63,706 nt of DNA, filler included, from Pelomyxa schiedti (GCA_020536535.1; 6 parts of 6 records of this genome joined end to end with filler, not necessarily neighbours in it), one strand, 5' to 3'. Counted from the whole stretch's first letter, positions 36,072 to 49,655 are shown. Notes: generated from the sequence alone by a model not told the origin. Numbers and translations are program-made.

Positions 36072-38434
36072 ATGAGCAACGCCAGGGATAGAGGCGACAC
36101 TTCGAGGTCCTCAGCCGCCGCCGCGAAACCAACAGCAAGGACCACACTCACCATCAAGCCCGCGTCCAACAGGCCAACACCGACGTCGACATCCACAACA
36201 CGCAGCACCACCTCGTCGTCCTCCTCGTCGCGACGTACCAGCGGCACCACCACCGCCACAACCCATAATCGCAGTCACGGCCACCGGTCATCTTCCGGCG
36301 GGGACGACGCGCCGAGCGAAGACGACGACGAGGAGGGCGAGGACGGGTGGACCAGGAGGAAGCGGCGCCCCGGGGACAGGGAGTACATCGTGTCGGTGAG
36401 CGGGGGCGACTGGCGGGCCGCCGGGGGCGCCTCCGCCGCGGCCGCCGAGCCCCTCGTGATCCCGCTGTCCGACCAGTGCGCCGTCCCCACCCACCCCTCC
36501 AAGCGAGGCGGGGGCGGCGCCGCCAGCAGCTGCGCAACAGCAACTGCGGCGCAGGCGAGGAGCGATGGAGGAGGAGGCGGGGAGGGGGGCGGAGACGGCC
36601 AGCAGCCGGGGGGAGGAGGAGGCGACGCGATGGTGGGGGTGGTGCGGGGTTCGCGGAAGCCGGGCTGGGTGCCCACCAATGGTGGCGGTGGTGGTGGAAC
36701 CACACAGAACGAGGATACACCTGTTGTTCTAGTTGATGGTGATGGAGAAGGACGTGGCGATGGTGGGGAAGCTAGGCCGGATGCTCCCTCTTCTTCTTCT
36801 ACTACTTCTTCTTCTTCTGAGTTGCTTACGGCGCACTACTCGCAGCTGCAACCGGAGCTTCCTGCGGAGCCTGTAGCGCACACTGAAACGGCAGTCCCGC
36901 TAAACATGGAAGCTGCTACAACGGTTGCGGCTGATTTGGCGGAGGGAGGACCTCATGCCACTGATGACACTCCGTCTTGCATCGTTGATAAAGCAATGGC
37001 TACAGAGAGGCCAACGGTTGGAGTTACCACCGGCTTACTTGCTGAGATGATGCATAACAGAATCGAGGGCTTGGATACTATCGAAAATGACGATGAGCGC
37101 TTCAGATATGACGTTGAGTGTCGGCCAGGTATGGAATCTCTTCTCTACGAGATGATTTTGTCTCACATCAGTGGAAGATGAGGACCCAGAGTCTTATGAC
37201 CGTGTACCGATAGAAGCATTTGGAGAAGCTGCTTTGCGTGGAATGGGTTGGAAACCCGGCACTGGATTAGGTAAAAATCATGACGGCCCCGTAGAACCCC
37301 CTGAACCTCACAAGCACGCTGGATACCGGCTTGGTTTGGGTTGCTCACCTGAAGTAGCTGAGAAAATAAAGAAGCTGAAGGCATTACAGAAACGAGAAGC
37401 TCAGATGGCTAAGAAGGGCAAAGGTGGAAGTGAAGAAGAGCTGGAGAGAGGAGTCCTTGTTGCTTTTCTGAATGGTGAGAAGATGGGAGAGTTTGCAGTA
37501 GTTAAAGAGAGTGGACTTGCTGGTCAAGTACTGGTGAGGCTCGACAACCTAGAGCAGGGCAAAAAGAAGGTAAAAAGTCTTGGTGCCACTGAAGTATGGG
37601 TGTCGAGGGATGATATCACAGTTGTAGATCTTCGACAACTGGCAGATGATCATCCAGCGCTCGCGTTTGTGCATAAAGTACGTGCAGAGAAGGCGTTCAT
37701 GAACGCACCATACATGAAGGAGCAACGGCAGCAACAACAGAAAAGAGAGCAACAAGAAGCGGAACAAGCCGCCCGTGCTGCTCCTGCTGCCACAAAGATT
37801 GCTATGGGCTATGCCGACACCAAGGTCGCGGTAACTACACCTGCTAGCGCGACAGCACCAAAGCCACCAGTAAAGACAAGAAAGCATAACACTAGATGGG
37901 TAAGACCGAACCTCACTGTCCGAGTAGTCAGCAAATCAAATGCAAAAGTTGGGAAGTACTATAAACAAAAGGTTATAATCCCCCTTCTGAACACCCAAAT
38001 CCGGCTGCACCTCACAAACACCAAAACAAAAACCAGCCCAACGACACGTTCAAGCCGATAACAATCGCCAAACCCAATTCACAAACTCACCAACAAAATA
38101 GCCTATTATTATTGTATGATCCCAACTAACCTTACTGCACAAATAGGCCCTTATTGTTGATGTTCCGGCGCCGAACTCTTGCGTTCTGCAGATAGCCGGG
38201 ATTGTCATTGAGGATGTTCACCCCAAGTTCCTGGAGACTGTGGTGCCGGCCGAGCCCGGAGCCCGCGTTATGATAGTTGCATCAGGGGACACTGACAGCG
38301 GCCGGATTGGGAGCCTAATCAGCCGTACCGCGGACTTTGCGCAAGTGAGGATTGACATGGACGTGAAGAAGTTTGACCTGGATGATGTGTGCCTATACTC
38401 CGACCCATCCTACAACGGTGCTGACTCTGAGTAA
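36072..38434 (+). CDS. GPKOW: G-patch + KOW splicing factor (GPKOW/MOS2/Spp2)
   Basis: YDRVPIEAFGEAALRGMGWKPGTGLGK, LGLG, WVRPNLTVRVVSK..GKYYKQK, LETVVP KOW region. Confidence 0.88.
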
Positions 38435-38605
38435 TTAAGAAAACCACATCCTCCCCCTTTCACCAACACAGAGAAAACCACAATACCCCCAAAAAAAGCT
38501 TGGGCCAACACAAAACAGAAACAGCAAACATAGAATACAAACACAAAAAACAATTCAAACACAACCCACAAGTACAGTTTCCACTGTGTCACTCAACATC
38601 GCATC

Positions 38606-40401
38606 ATGTCCAGCTCCTTCGCGTACGTTGCAGGGAAACTTCAACAGCGGAGAACCCCCAGATCGCCGCGAAATCCGCGAAATCAACCAAGTTTTTTCGT
38701 TGTTTTCTTTTGTTGCGTGACCCCGGCGGACGCGGACGCGAGCGGACAATAATATTCGGCACCGGCGTAGGCATTGGAATACAACGAGAACCCATAATCG
38801 TAGTGTCGCACCCGAGGTTTTGCCGTGCACTTGCAACAGGAGGAGGAGATGATAGAGGTGCCGACGGTGTTTATATCAACGTCACATATTGTACCACGTG
38901 CACTGGCAAAGGTATTGTTTATCACCTTTCATATTTCCTAGTGCCTTCTTATACTATTTTTTTTTATCTTTTTCGAACAAAATATATTCAAATAGTTTTC
39001 AAAACCCTGAATAACACTTTATGTTGATTTCACTGACATCATGCAATACAATAGTTGAATGTTGTTGTGCCAAGAGATTGGCGCTGTGTGAGTGGGAAAT
39101 CGTCTGCTGAGATTGAGGCATCGGTGATGCAGTGCCGGGTGGTTGTTCTTGATCCGAACTTCACTCTACTTCCACCTCGGTCAAGGGGCCCAGTTGATGA
39201 GAGCAGGGAGGGCTCCACTGAGGATCGTGAAGGCTCAAGGCTACATATATTACATCAAGGTACTTGGTCTCCCGTTCTTAATTTAATTGTTAAAAATTAT
39301 TTTATTGTTCATATCAAAGATTCATAATACCTTTAACATGCAATATCCTATTTTACTATTCCAAATTCAGAAATTATAGATAATCGTAACACGTTCAAGT
39401 ACAGAAGCAAAGTGTTGGAGCTGTAACAGGAAAAGTGGCTTTGTTGTTGAGATAAATCATGTTGGCATTGTTGAAGAACCCTCAACAGAAACAAAGAAAA
39501 CAGTCGAAAAATATTCATTCACTGTGCGGTCTTTATGTACATCCTCTGTGTATGCCAAACAATTATCTTTTTGGTTTACTTACCCCCACACAGAAAGCAT
39601 TTGGGGGGACCTGTTACACTTCTTATTTCCCTTACATCTGAATGTACGATTGCCACAGCCCCATTTCACCTTCACTCAAAACGCAAGAACGGCCGAGAAG
39701 ACTATTCATCTCGATCCGCTTCCCCTTCAGAAGATGATAGATCACCAAGACTCAACACCTCTCCTTCACCATCACCAACCCGCGCACTTAGATATCACGC
39801 CCAAAACCTCCAAATCAACATGCAATCACTACAAATAAGGTCGCCATCACCTCCGCACCTCCGCCGCACTTCCTCCAAATCACCTACACCCATGTCATAC
39901 CTCTCCCGGCACTCACATGATCTTTCCGAATCATATCCAATTCCTTGCACTTACACTCCTTGCACAAGCACTCCCTGTGCATACAGTCCTCCTTGCACAA
40001 ACACTCCCGGCACCTACAGTCCTCCGTGCACATACAGTGTTCCTTCTTGTACCGTTACTCCGGAACCTCTATTCCATGCCTCTGTGAACCTATTCCTCAC
40101 ACATGTACCACCCTGTTCACATGAAGTCATACAGCAATCCATTACCACCCTCAGCATACTTTACCACCACTCTCTCATTGCGAGCAACAGAGCCTCATTC
40201 CACAAAACTGTGATTCTCAGAGATACAATACTGGACAACCTAAGCACGACACTGTGGGCCAGCATCACACTGTACAAGGACAAGCAAACAGCATACCCGG
40301 ATGAGAGGGAATGGAAGTTGTACTTTGAACAAACAAATCCACTTGGGTTCAACTGGTTCAGTGTACTGACACATGTGGCTTATTTTACCAACTGGCAATA
40401 G
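38606..40401 (+). CDS. Unknown multi-exon gene with a Ser/Pro-rich region and C(T/A)xxP repeats
   Basis: 288-aa ORF 39535-40401 plus upstream exon-like blocks; no recognisable domain. Confidence 0.35.
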
Positions 40402-40510
40402 CGTCCACCAACCAATGTACAAAGTGAAAAAGAGAAAGAGAAGCCTTTCTTTTGTGATACAAGCAAGAGATAATTAATTCTCAGCATGAAATCACTCTGG
40501 GAGTGGTGTA

Positions 40511-40652
40511 CCGTATGTTGAGAAACCTTCTTTCGTTGCGGGACCAAAAACCACAACACTGGTCTGCGAAAATGATCTTCGCCGAAAACTTTCGGCGGGC
40601 TGAAAAAAAATTTGGGCAACAAAAGTTTTCTAGAAGGTTTCCCAACATACGG
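40511..40652. mobile_element. Complete 142-bp MITE, Tc1/mariner (Tc2/pogo-like)
   Basis: 21-bp TIRs CCGTATGTTGRGAAACCTTCT (1 mismatch); TA on both sides (40509-10, 40653-54). Confidence 0.9.
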
Positions 40653-40661
40653 TACTCCAAT

Positions 40662-43126
40662 TCAAAGCCCAGGTGAACAGATGATGTTGAGTTGTTCCAG
40701 TGCTTCAGGGAGTTCTTCAGCGGCAGCGAGTCTGAAGAACTTTGCTGCTGTTCTGATGTCCACACTCCCAACCCCACTGCCTTGTTGGTAGCACCTTCCC
40801 AGGTTGTACTTTGCATCAATGTCACCACACACTGTAGCAGCTGTGTAGAAAAGCCCAACAGCTTTCTTGGTGTCTTTTTCCACACCCAGACCATTGTTGT
40901 AGCATAGTCCAAGTGCCTCTGCAGAACGCCAAAGCCCAGTGTCAAGGGCCCTCTGAAAGAGAGCGGCAGCCTTGTGGAAGTCCTGCACAACGCCCTCACC
41001 AAGGTAGTAACAGCCACCCAGGTTGTGAATTGCATTAGGATTCCCAGCTTCGTTAGCACTCCTCTCGTACAAGGCAGCCGCTCTCGTGACATCCTTGTCA
41101 ACACCGTTGCCGTGGTAGTAGCAGAATGCAAGGTTAGGGGCTGAATTGATGTTGCCAGCATCCAGGGCTTGCTGGAAGAGAACAGCCGCCTTGTGAAAGT
41201 CTTGCCCAACACCTGTGCCAGAGTTGTAGCACTCGGCCAGTTGGTGCATGGCCTCAGGGTGCCCATCATCAGCAGCAGTTTGAAACAACTCTGCTGCTCT
41301 AGCGACGTCTTTGTCAACACCTTGGCCGCTCAAGTAGCAGTTCCCAAGATAGAAGGCGGACCTGGTTATTCCAGCATCAAGGGATTGATGGAAGAGAAGG
41401 GCAGCCTCATGGAAGTCCTGGCAAACACCTGTTCCAAAGAAGTAGCACTCACCCAGGTTGTGAATGGCACTGGGATTGCCTCCTGCCATGACGGCCATCT
41501 GATACAACTCTGCCGCTCTGGTTGTGTCCTTGTCAACACCATGCCCATTGAGGAAGCAATCTCCAAGCCCACACGCTGCTGCTGTGTAGCCGGCATCAAG
41601 GGCCTGCTGGAAAAGAATTGCAGCCTTGCGGAAGTCTTGCTTGGCACCTGTGCCGAAGTAGTAACAGTCAGCCAGTCTGTTCATGGCACCAGTGTGCCCA
41701 TCGTTGGCAGCCCTCTGAAACAACTCTGCTGCTCTGGTTGCGTCCTTGTCAACGCCTTGCCCATACAAGTAACACAATCCAAGGGAGAACGCTGCCTGAG
41801 TTACGCCAGAGTCCAGGGCCTGCTGGTAGAGCTCTGCGGCCTTGTGGAAGTTTTGCTCAACACCTGTGCCACTGTAGTAGAAGTAAGCCAGGCTAATGAG
41901 GTTCCCATAATTGGCACCCATATGAAACAACTCTTCTGCCTTGGTTGTGTCCTTGTCGACACCAAGGCCATTCTCATAGCAGCTGCCAAGGTGGACGAGA
42001 ACTTCGCAGTTGCCACAGTCAACTGCTTTCTGAAACAGTGAGGCTGCTTTCTTGTGGTCTTTTTCAATACCACCAGCTCCATCGAAATAACACAAGCCAA
42101 GGTTGGCCATTGCCAGGTTATTTCCAGCATCAGATGCCCTCTGCCAAAGTGCAACTGCTTTGGCAGTGTCCTTGTTGAAACCACATAGGGACTTATCACA
42201 ACAGTCCCCAAGGTAACCGATTGCACGTGGGTCACCACTGTCAGCAGCCCTCTGATAAAAGGCGACAGCCTTCTGGACATCTTTGGTGACACCGTAGCCC
42301 TGTTCATAGCAGGAACCCAACTCACACATTGCAGTTGTGTCACCCTGACTTGCAGAACTCTCCCACAGTGATATTGCCTTGTTGAGATCTCCCAGCTCAC
42401 CTCCCACTCCACACCAACACAATGAACCAAGCAGAGTAATGCAGGCGCGCTTCAGGAGGGCTTGTGGGTTAGGTGGCTGAGGTTGTGTTTGTGTTTGTGA
42501 TCCCTCAGGGGTGCCTTCAAAAAAAGGAAAACCTTTTGAAAGTTCAGTCAGAATCATTTGGCCCAGGCAGTCCTGCACGCAAAAGGTCATCCAGAGTGCT
42601 GCAAAGTATGCACACGACCAGGAGGAGTGCTGGTTGGTGCGAACTGTTGAGGGAGAATCTTGAGGGTTCCCACACAACAACCTCAGCAAGCTGCAAATTA
42701 CATTAGATGATGATGCTGAAACCAGCTCATTCCACTCTTCAATGGCATTCTTCATAATTCCTCTTCTGTTCTGTTCCAAAACTGCTTCACAGGTTCTTTT
42801 TAATTGTGGAGGTGCAGATGAGACTGCAACTGACAAATAAGCAAACAACGTGGGGGGAATGTGATTGCAATTTTGGGAAAGTATCCCAAAATTTTGTGTG
42901 ATTCTGATCAGACCCCAAACAAACAACAATCCTGGGAGGTAATGCGGCTGGTTGTTTGCTTCACAACAACCTGATGTTGGGTGTGTGTGGGTAGATATTG
43001 GGAACAGGTAAAGGAGAACCAACCGAAATCGGGATCAGATTTGAAGTGCAAACAAGCCTGTGAGACAAGTCCAAGTGCGGAATCGATGTTGCCGAGCTCC
43101 CACTGCAGCAGTGCCTCCATCATCAT
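40662..43126 (-). CDS. Sel1-like repeat protein with many repeats (5' end may extend to 43466)
   Basis: 36-aa repeats LGxCYxxGxGVxKDxxKAxxLF/YQxAxDxG. Confidence 0.9.
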
Positions 43127-44156
43127 TTTGTTCCGAGTGTTCTTCCCTCCTCCATCTTTGTTTGTTTTGAGTGAGAATGTGCGTTCGCGTTAGCGTTCGT
43201 GGTTTTGTTGGCTCACCCGAACGCGCAGCAGAAGCAGCAGTCTGAGGCAACGTTCCCAAATTCACATCTGATTGTTGAAGTTGTTGTGATTCAGATGATG
43301 TTGTTGCAGGAGTTGTTGTTGTTGTGGGCGTGACGGTGTTGTTGTAGTGGCTCGGTTGTACTTTGCCCCCACACTCGCAGTTGTGCTGTGGGGGATTACG
43401 CGCGATGACGTCACCGTTTGGGGTGCCTTGTTTGTGGGGCGTACTGTAGTCGGCGTTGTTGTCCATTTTATTGCATTTTCACAGAAACCAGCAACAAAAC
43501 CATCATGGGGCCTGCCTGTCCGTGGGGGTGTGGCAGCTTGCAGTTTTGTTGTTTGTGCGTGTGACTGTGCGTTGGGATCATGGCAGAAATATGTCTAAGT
43601 TATTGTTCTTTCTTTCAAAATGGGTGGTGAGGTGGGTGACACTTGGGACCGCAGATATATTGTTGAGCACAACAAGGGAGAGGGATGTACATTGAATTTC
43701 ATCTCCGCTGATGGCATAATTACAAGGCCCAAGAGTGGTGTTGCGTCGCGTTGCTTTGTGTTGCATTAGCCTTTGCCGTCATCGCTGAGGACCTTTCTGT
43801 GGTATTCCCTACCTCTCGCTTCAACTCTTTTTGACTTTTTGCAGGTGGGGAAAACTTTGCCATACACTCACCAAGGTAGAAGCTCATTACATTTTGTTTG
43901 CATTCCTCAACTCATCTTAGGCCGAAGCGGTCTGCAAGGCACCAGGAATAACATTTCACTGCCTCCGCACAGTTCCAGCCACATTGCCGGCGTAGCTGAA
44001 ACTCAGGCATGTGTCTTTTTCTTTTCTCAGTTATAAATATCTTGTGCGTCACTCCTGATACTCTAGGTGACCCAACCCTAGCCACAACATCCAAATCCAA
44101 CAAAAATTTGTTTTATTTTTTTGCTGTAGAACCTACACAACAATCACACCTTGGTG

Positions 44157-45212
44157 TCAGTCATCGCTATCATCACTTGAAAGCTGGTCGTCATCTCCAT
44201 CCTCACTGTCATCAATCATTTCATGTAATTCCTCCTGGGCATCATAGTCTCCTTCAGCAACAGCGAGTCTGAAGAACTTTGCTGCTGTTCTCATGTCCAC
44301 ACTCCCCACTCCTTCACCAGATTTATAGCACTTTCCAAGCATGTACCTTGCATTGTGGTCACCACACTCAGCACCACTGTAGAAAAGCCCAACAGCTTTC
44401 TTGGTGTCTTTTTCAACACCATCACCATTTAAGTAACAGTACCCAAGTGCATAGGCTGACATTGTGTTTCGACTCCCGTGATCAAGGGCCTGCTGATAAA
44501 GAATGGCTGCCTTGTGTAAGTTTCGCTCAACACCTGTTCCAGTGTAGTAGCAGTCACCCAGCCTTGTGAAAGCCTCAGGGTTGCCATTATTTGCAGCAGT
44601 CTGAAGCAACACTGCTGCTCTTGTGGTATTTTTCTCAACACCTTGCCCAAAAAAGTAGCACATCCCAAGAACAAAGGCTGAATCGGTATCTCCACCAGCC
44701 ATGGACTTTTGCCAGAGGTTGGCAGCCTTGTGGAAATCTTGTTCTACTCCCCTGCCATGGTAGTAAAACCCACCAAGTTCGTACATGGCATCAACGACCC
44801 CAGCGTCAGCAGCCCTCTGATACAACTCAGCAGCTCTTGTGGTGTCTGTGTCAACGCCCTTCCCTCTGTCATAACAGAAACCAAGGTCATAGGCTGCCTT
44901 GATAATTCCAGCATCAAGGGCCTTCTGGTAGAGAACAGCCGCTGTGCGGAAGTCATTCTCCTCATAGTAACAGCATGCAAGGCCATAAGTTGAAGCTGTA
45001 TGGCCACAATCAAGGGCCTTCTGGTAGAGCTGTGCTGCCTTGTGGCAGTCTTGATCAACACCTCTGCCGTAATAGTAACTTTCAGCCAGCATGTGGAGGG
45101 TATCCCCGTTTCCACCCCACAATGCGCGCTCCACGAGGTCGCCGAAGAACGTGGCTCGGTCGGTCATCGTTTGTTGTGTCAGTTCGATAGTTCTGAGAAG
45201 CAACCAGTTCAA
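44157..45212 (-). CDS. Sel1-like repeat protein with an acidic tail
   Basis: Sel1 repeats; 3' part nearly identical to 46710-46925. Confidence 0.85.
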   Translation of the reverse strand: MNWLLLRTIELTQQTMTDRATFFGDLVERALWGGNGDTLHMLAESYYYGRGVDQDCHKAAQLYQKALDCGHTASTYGLACCYYEENDFRTAAVLYQKALDAGIIKAAYDLGFCYDRGKGVDTDTTRAAELYQRAADAGVVDAMYELGGFYYHGRGVEQDFHKAANLWQKSMAGGDTDSAFVLGMCYFFGQGVEKNTTRAAVLLQTAANNGNPEAFTRLGDCYYTGTGVERNLHKAAILYQQALDHGSRNTMSAYALGYCYLNGDGVEKDTKKAVGLFYSGAECGDHNARYMLGKCYKSGEGVGSVDMRTAAKFFRLAVAEGDYDAQEELHEMIDDSEDGDDDQLSSDDSDD

Positions 45213-45279
45213 AGGAGTTCTGAAAGATCATTAGTTGACAACTCCTCTGTGAGCAGATGACGTTGAGTTGCTGTGTGTC

Positions 45280-46340
45280 GGGCTTATACAGACTCGAGGA
45301 ACGATCAGATAGCTTTCCGCGAACTTGATTTCCAGAGGTTGATTATTTTATTGGTAGTCCACTGCCGTGTAGAACAGCTCCACTGCTTTCCTGGAATCCT
45401 TCACAACACCTTCGCCGTCGCGGTAGCAAGTCCCAAGGTAGTAGGCTGAAGCTGTACAGCCGGCATCAACGGCGTGCTGGAAATCGATGCATCTTCCAAG
45501 GGAAAAGATACCCCTTGAGTCACCACAATCCACAGCCATCTGAAACAGAGAGGCAGCCTTGTTGGTATCTCTCAGTTCATACCACTGGCCTAGGCAACAC
45601 ATTTCCCATGTGCAGCCCTGACTTGCGGCACTCTCCCAGAGTGACCATGCTTTGCTTTTGTCGTGGGGAAACCATTTGCCCCAGAAACGAAGAACTTTGA
45701 GGATGTATGATTGGTTTCTGAACAATTCAGGGTGGCCATTCCCAATGCACTTCACTTCGAATTCAATCCCTGGAAGTTGATGTTATCACTCCACAATCAT
45801 ATCCATTAAGATAGCCGTCAGCCCCTTTATTATTATTTTCATCAGTTTGACCTCAAACCTGAAACAGCAGATGAGCACAGGACCCGGACGAAACTGAAGT
45901 TCCTTCCCACAATCCCAACACCGACACAGCTGGTGGCGGCATTACTATTACTGTTTGCACTTCTTCTCCTTTTCACCTCTGGTTGCTGTGGTTCTTGTCG
46001 TTCATCGCCTGCGATGACGATCGTCGACGGCAAGGCTGCCGAAGAACGCGGCCCGCTCGGCCTCGGCCCGGCCCACCGCGTCACTGTGCCCACAACACCA
46101 CCACCGGGGACTGCGTTCATCGTGATTATGGGACGACATTGGGTCGTCGTCGCCATTCGGTTTGTCATTTTTTTTTCACGGAATCTGCGCATATTTAACC
46201 AAGCAATCTTTGTCAACACCCCTTTGCAGTAACAGAAACCAAGGTCATAAGCTGCATCGGTATTTCCAGTGATTGTCAAGCTCAAGTGGGATTGTGTCCA
46301 ACCCTTGTGCAAGATTGTGTTCCTTGCCACAGTTCCCAAA
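45280..46340 (-). pseudogene. Mosaic of kinase and Sel1 fragments
   Basis: KCIGNGHPELFRNQSYILK fused directly to Sel1 pieces. NTDAAYDLGFCY is joined to a kinase piece (AAGCTCAAGTGGGATTGTGTCC, also at 48790). Confidence 0.6.
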
Positions 46341-46573
46341 CATGGTTTAGGAGAGAATGGAAATCGATGTCTAAACCTCTGTCTAAGCTAAAAATCGAGG
46401 CAGTGCCGGGTGTGACACCACAAGGAAGTGCGGCAGGAGGGTTTGGAAAGATGCCTTGTGTTTACAACAACGAGGTGGTTGGTGTGGTTGCCATGTTTTC
46501 GATGTGGCATGTGATTTTTTCCCGGTACATGCCACTCGGAGTACTTTTGGCAATGGGGACTCAAGTCTAGTAA

Positions 46574-49461
46574 CTATTTTCCATCCTCACCTTCACCTTC
46601 ACCTTCGTCTTCGTCTTCGTCTTCGTCTTCATCATTGTCATCATCTACGTCGCCATCACCATCGCTGCTGTCATTGTCGTCATTCACTGCACATATTTCA
46701 CCAAGCACCTTCTGGGCATCATAGTCTCCTTCAGCGGCAGCGAGTCTGAAGAACTTTGCTGCTGTTCTCATGTCCACACTCCCCACTCCTTCACCAGATT
46801 TATAGCACTTTCCAAGCATGTACCTTGCATTGTGGTCACCACACTCAGCACCACTGTAGAAAAGCCCAACAGCTTTCTTGGTGTCCTTTTCAACACCATC
46901 ACCATTTAAGTAACAGTACCCAAGGTCATAGGCTACCATTGCACCTCCCCTGCCGGAATCAAGGGCCCGCTGATAAAGAATGGCTGCCTTGTGTAAGTCT
47001 CGCTCAACACCCATTCCAGAGTAGTAACAGTCACCCAGCCTCGCACAGGCCTCAGGGAGGCCTTTATTTGCAGCAGTCTGAAACAACACTGCTGCTCTAG
47101 TGATGTCTTTGTCAACACCTCTTCCATTAAAGTAACACATCCCAAGCCTAAAGGCTGAACAAGTATTTCCAGCATCAAGGGACTTCTGAAGGAGCATTGC
47201 GGCCTTGTGGAAGTCCTGCTCAACGCCAGTGCCAAAGTAGTAAAAGTGACCCAGATTGTGAATGGCCTCAGGGTACCCAGCATCAGCAGCCCTCTGAAAC
47301 AATGCAGCCGCTGTTGTGGTGTCTTTGTCAACACCCTGTCCAGTGTAGTAACAGTTCCCAAGGAAAAAGGCTGCTTCATTACTTCCAGCATTAACGGCCA
47401 TCTGATACAACTCAGCAGCTCTTGTGGTGTCTTCGTCAACACCCTCCCCATGTTCGTAACAGAAACCAAGGTCATAAGCTGCATCGGTATTTCCAGCATC
47501 AAGGGCCTTCTGGTAGAGAACAGCTGCCTTGTGGAAGTCTTTCTCCACGCCTGTGCCTTCATAGTAACAGCATGCAAGGCCATAGGCCGAAGCTTTGTGG
47601 CCACAATCAAGGGCTTTCTGGTAGAGTTCTGCTGCCTTGTGGAAGTCTTGATCAACACCTGTGCCAAAGTAGTAACTCTCAGCCAGCTTGTGGATGGCGT
47701 TGCCGTTTTCAGAAGCCCCATCACGCAATGTTGTGTCCTTTTCAACACCTTGTTGGAGGGAAGCATGTGAGACAGGTTCAGTCAAGAGGTGATGTGTTTT
47801 AACAACCTGAGCAAGCAGAACTCTTGTTGTCCAACAGGCACATGTGAGCATCCACAAGGGGAGTCCTCTTTGAAGGATCACACTGGAACACACCTGCACC
47901 TGAACAAGCAGAAATCTTGTCCAACAGGGACATGTGAGCACCCACAAGGGGAGTCCTCTTCGAAGGGTCAAACTGGAGCAACCCACGAACGAGCTCACAG
48001 AACTTCTTTGGGAATGAAGGTGACTGAATTGGAAACGGTTGTTCGCTCTCAAATTCAAAGTGTATCAGTCCGTCACTATCATTGCGGAAGCTGTCAGGGT
48101 ATCCAGGGAGTGGGTGCTGGCCAACACCCATTGCAAGTTCAAACAGGATGCATCCAAGTCCAAATGATCCTTGCTGTGTTATTGTTTGTGTTGTTTAGTC
48201 AGAGAAGTATTCGCAAACGATGACACACCATTTCACAGTTCACAAAGCTGTTATGTTGTGAAGAGATTGCATTGAGAATCTCAGGTGCAATGTGGCTTGT
48301 GTTCTTCAAACAAGAAGGGGCCAACTCTGAAACATGTTTGGTGAATCGTGGTTCGTTCTCTTCATCAAACTTCAATGTGTGACCAATAAGGTCTGTCAGA
48401 ATCACTTGTTCTTTGTTCTTTTTTGGTGAGTTTCAATCAATTAAAATGTAATGAAGGAATGTAGAAGAAAGAAAAACACCCACAGAAGAGACAGCAATGT
48501 TGTCCAAAGTCAGATTGAAGTGAACAATTCCATTGTTGAAGAGGTGAACAAGAGCGTCACTGATGTCCCTTGAATACTTGTGAACAACGCTCCATGGTGT
48601 GGTTTCTGTTGTTGTTGGTTTGGTGGGGGATGTGTGAAGACTGGTTGTTGAACTGAGCAAGAAATTTCGCAGTGAGTCTGGGTGGTGCTCAAAAACAATC
48701 CAAGTCATCAACAACTGGCAGAGCCCCTGTTGCGCTGTGTGTTGTTGCGTGACAGTATCCTCCGTCACAGATGCGGGGAAGTGGTTGTAAAGCTCAAGTG
48801 GGATTGTGTCCTTGAACTGGCAGAAGTGTTGCGCAATGTTTGGGTGTGGATCAACCTGGAAGAGGGCACTTACACCTTCTGTTGCCTCTTCATGTGTCCC
48901 ACCATTTACTGGGGAATTGAGTGCTTTGAGGATGTATGATTGGTTGCTGAACAATTCAGGGTGTCCTTTCCCAATGCATTTCACTTCAAAATCAATCCCT
49001 GAACACACAATTCAAAGAGTTATTAACTTCTCCAAGAGAACAACAATTCACAAACCTCCAACACCAGACTGCAACACTTGTACAATCTTGAAGTTCCTTG
49101 CCACAACAGCACCATTGCCAACCCTCTGTTCCAAACTCACACCCCCTGTATTACTTGCCTCCTTTCTCCTCCTCTTCACTTGTGGTTGTTCCGCTTGTTG
49201 TTGTTGAACTTGTTGTGATTCCGTGTCCGTCGCGTGCCTCGATTGTGGTCTGTCGTGGTCGCAGTTGCATTGCGCAGGAGTGTGCGCGATGACGTCATCC
49301 ACAGAAAGTAGGTTAGCGTCGACACACCCGCGCGCAGAAGCTAGCTCGCGGAAGAACGCACGGCGGTCGGTCTCTGCCAGAGCCAGGACAGTATTGTGGG
49401 AACAACTGCCACGTGACATCGCGTTACAAGACGCTTCACGGACGCATTCCTGTAAAGACAT
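46574..49461 (-). CDS. Predicted pseudokinase + Sel1-like repeats + acidic tail, multi-exon
   Basis: HPNI, IVHFNLTLDNIAV, ILTDLIG, HIAPEIL, LLQFDPSKR, then Sel1 repeats. Confidence 0.8.
47805..47977. repeat. Tandem duplication (~93-bp period) of the kinase C-terminal segment
   Basis: QFDPSKRTPLVGAHMSLLDKISACSG / QCDPSKRTPLVDAHMCLLDNKSSACSG. Confidence 0.85.
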
Positions 49462-49655
49462 GTTTATTTGATGAGGCAAGTCCTCATCTGTGCAGGACAC
49501 CTGACACAGCTTGACACCAAATGTGTTTCTTGGTTCCTAAGACAGGGGCCGAAAAGGAAGAAAGACACTGCCAGAAAGCTAAGGGGAAGAAAAGACAAAA
49601 AAAAAGAAGATCCGAGCAGTTCGCTGTCGAGCCGGAAAAGCGACACAACGCGCAA

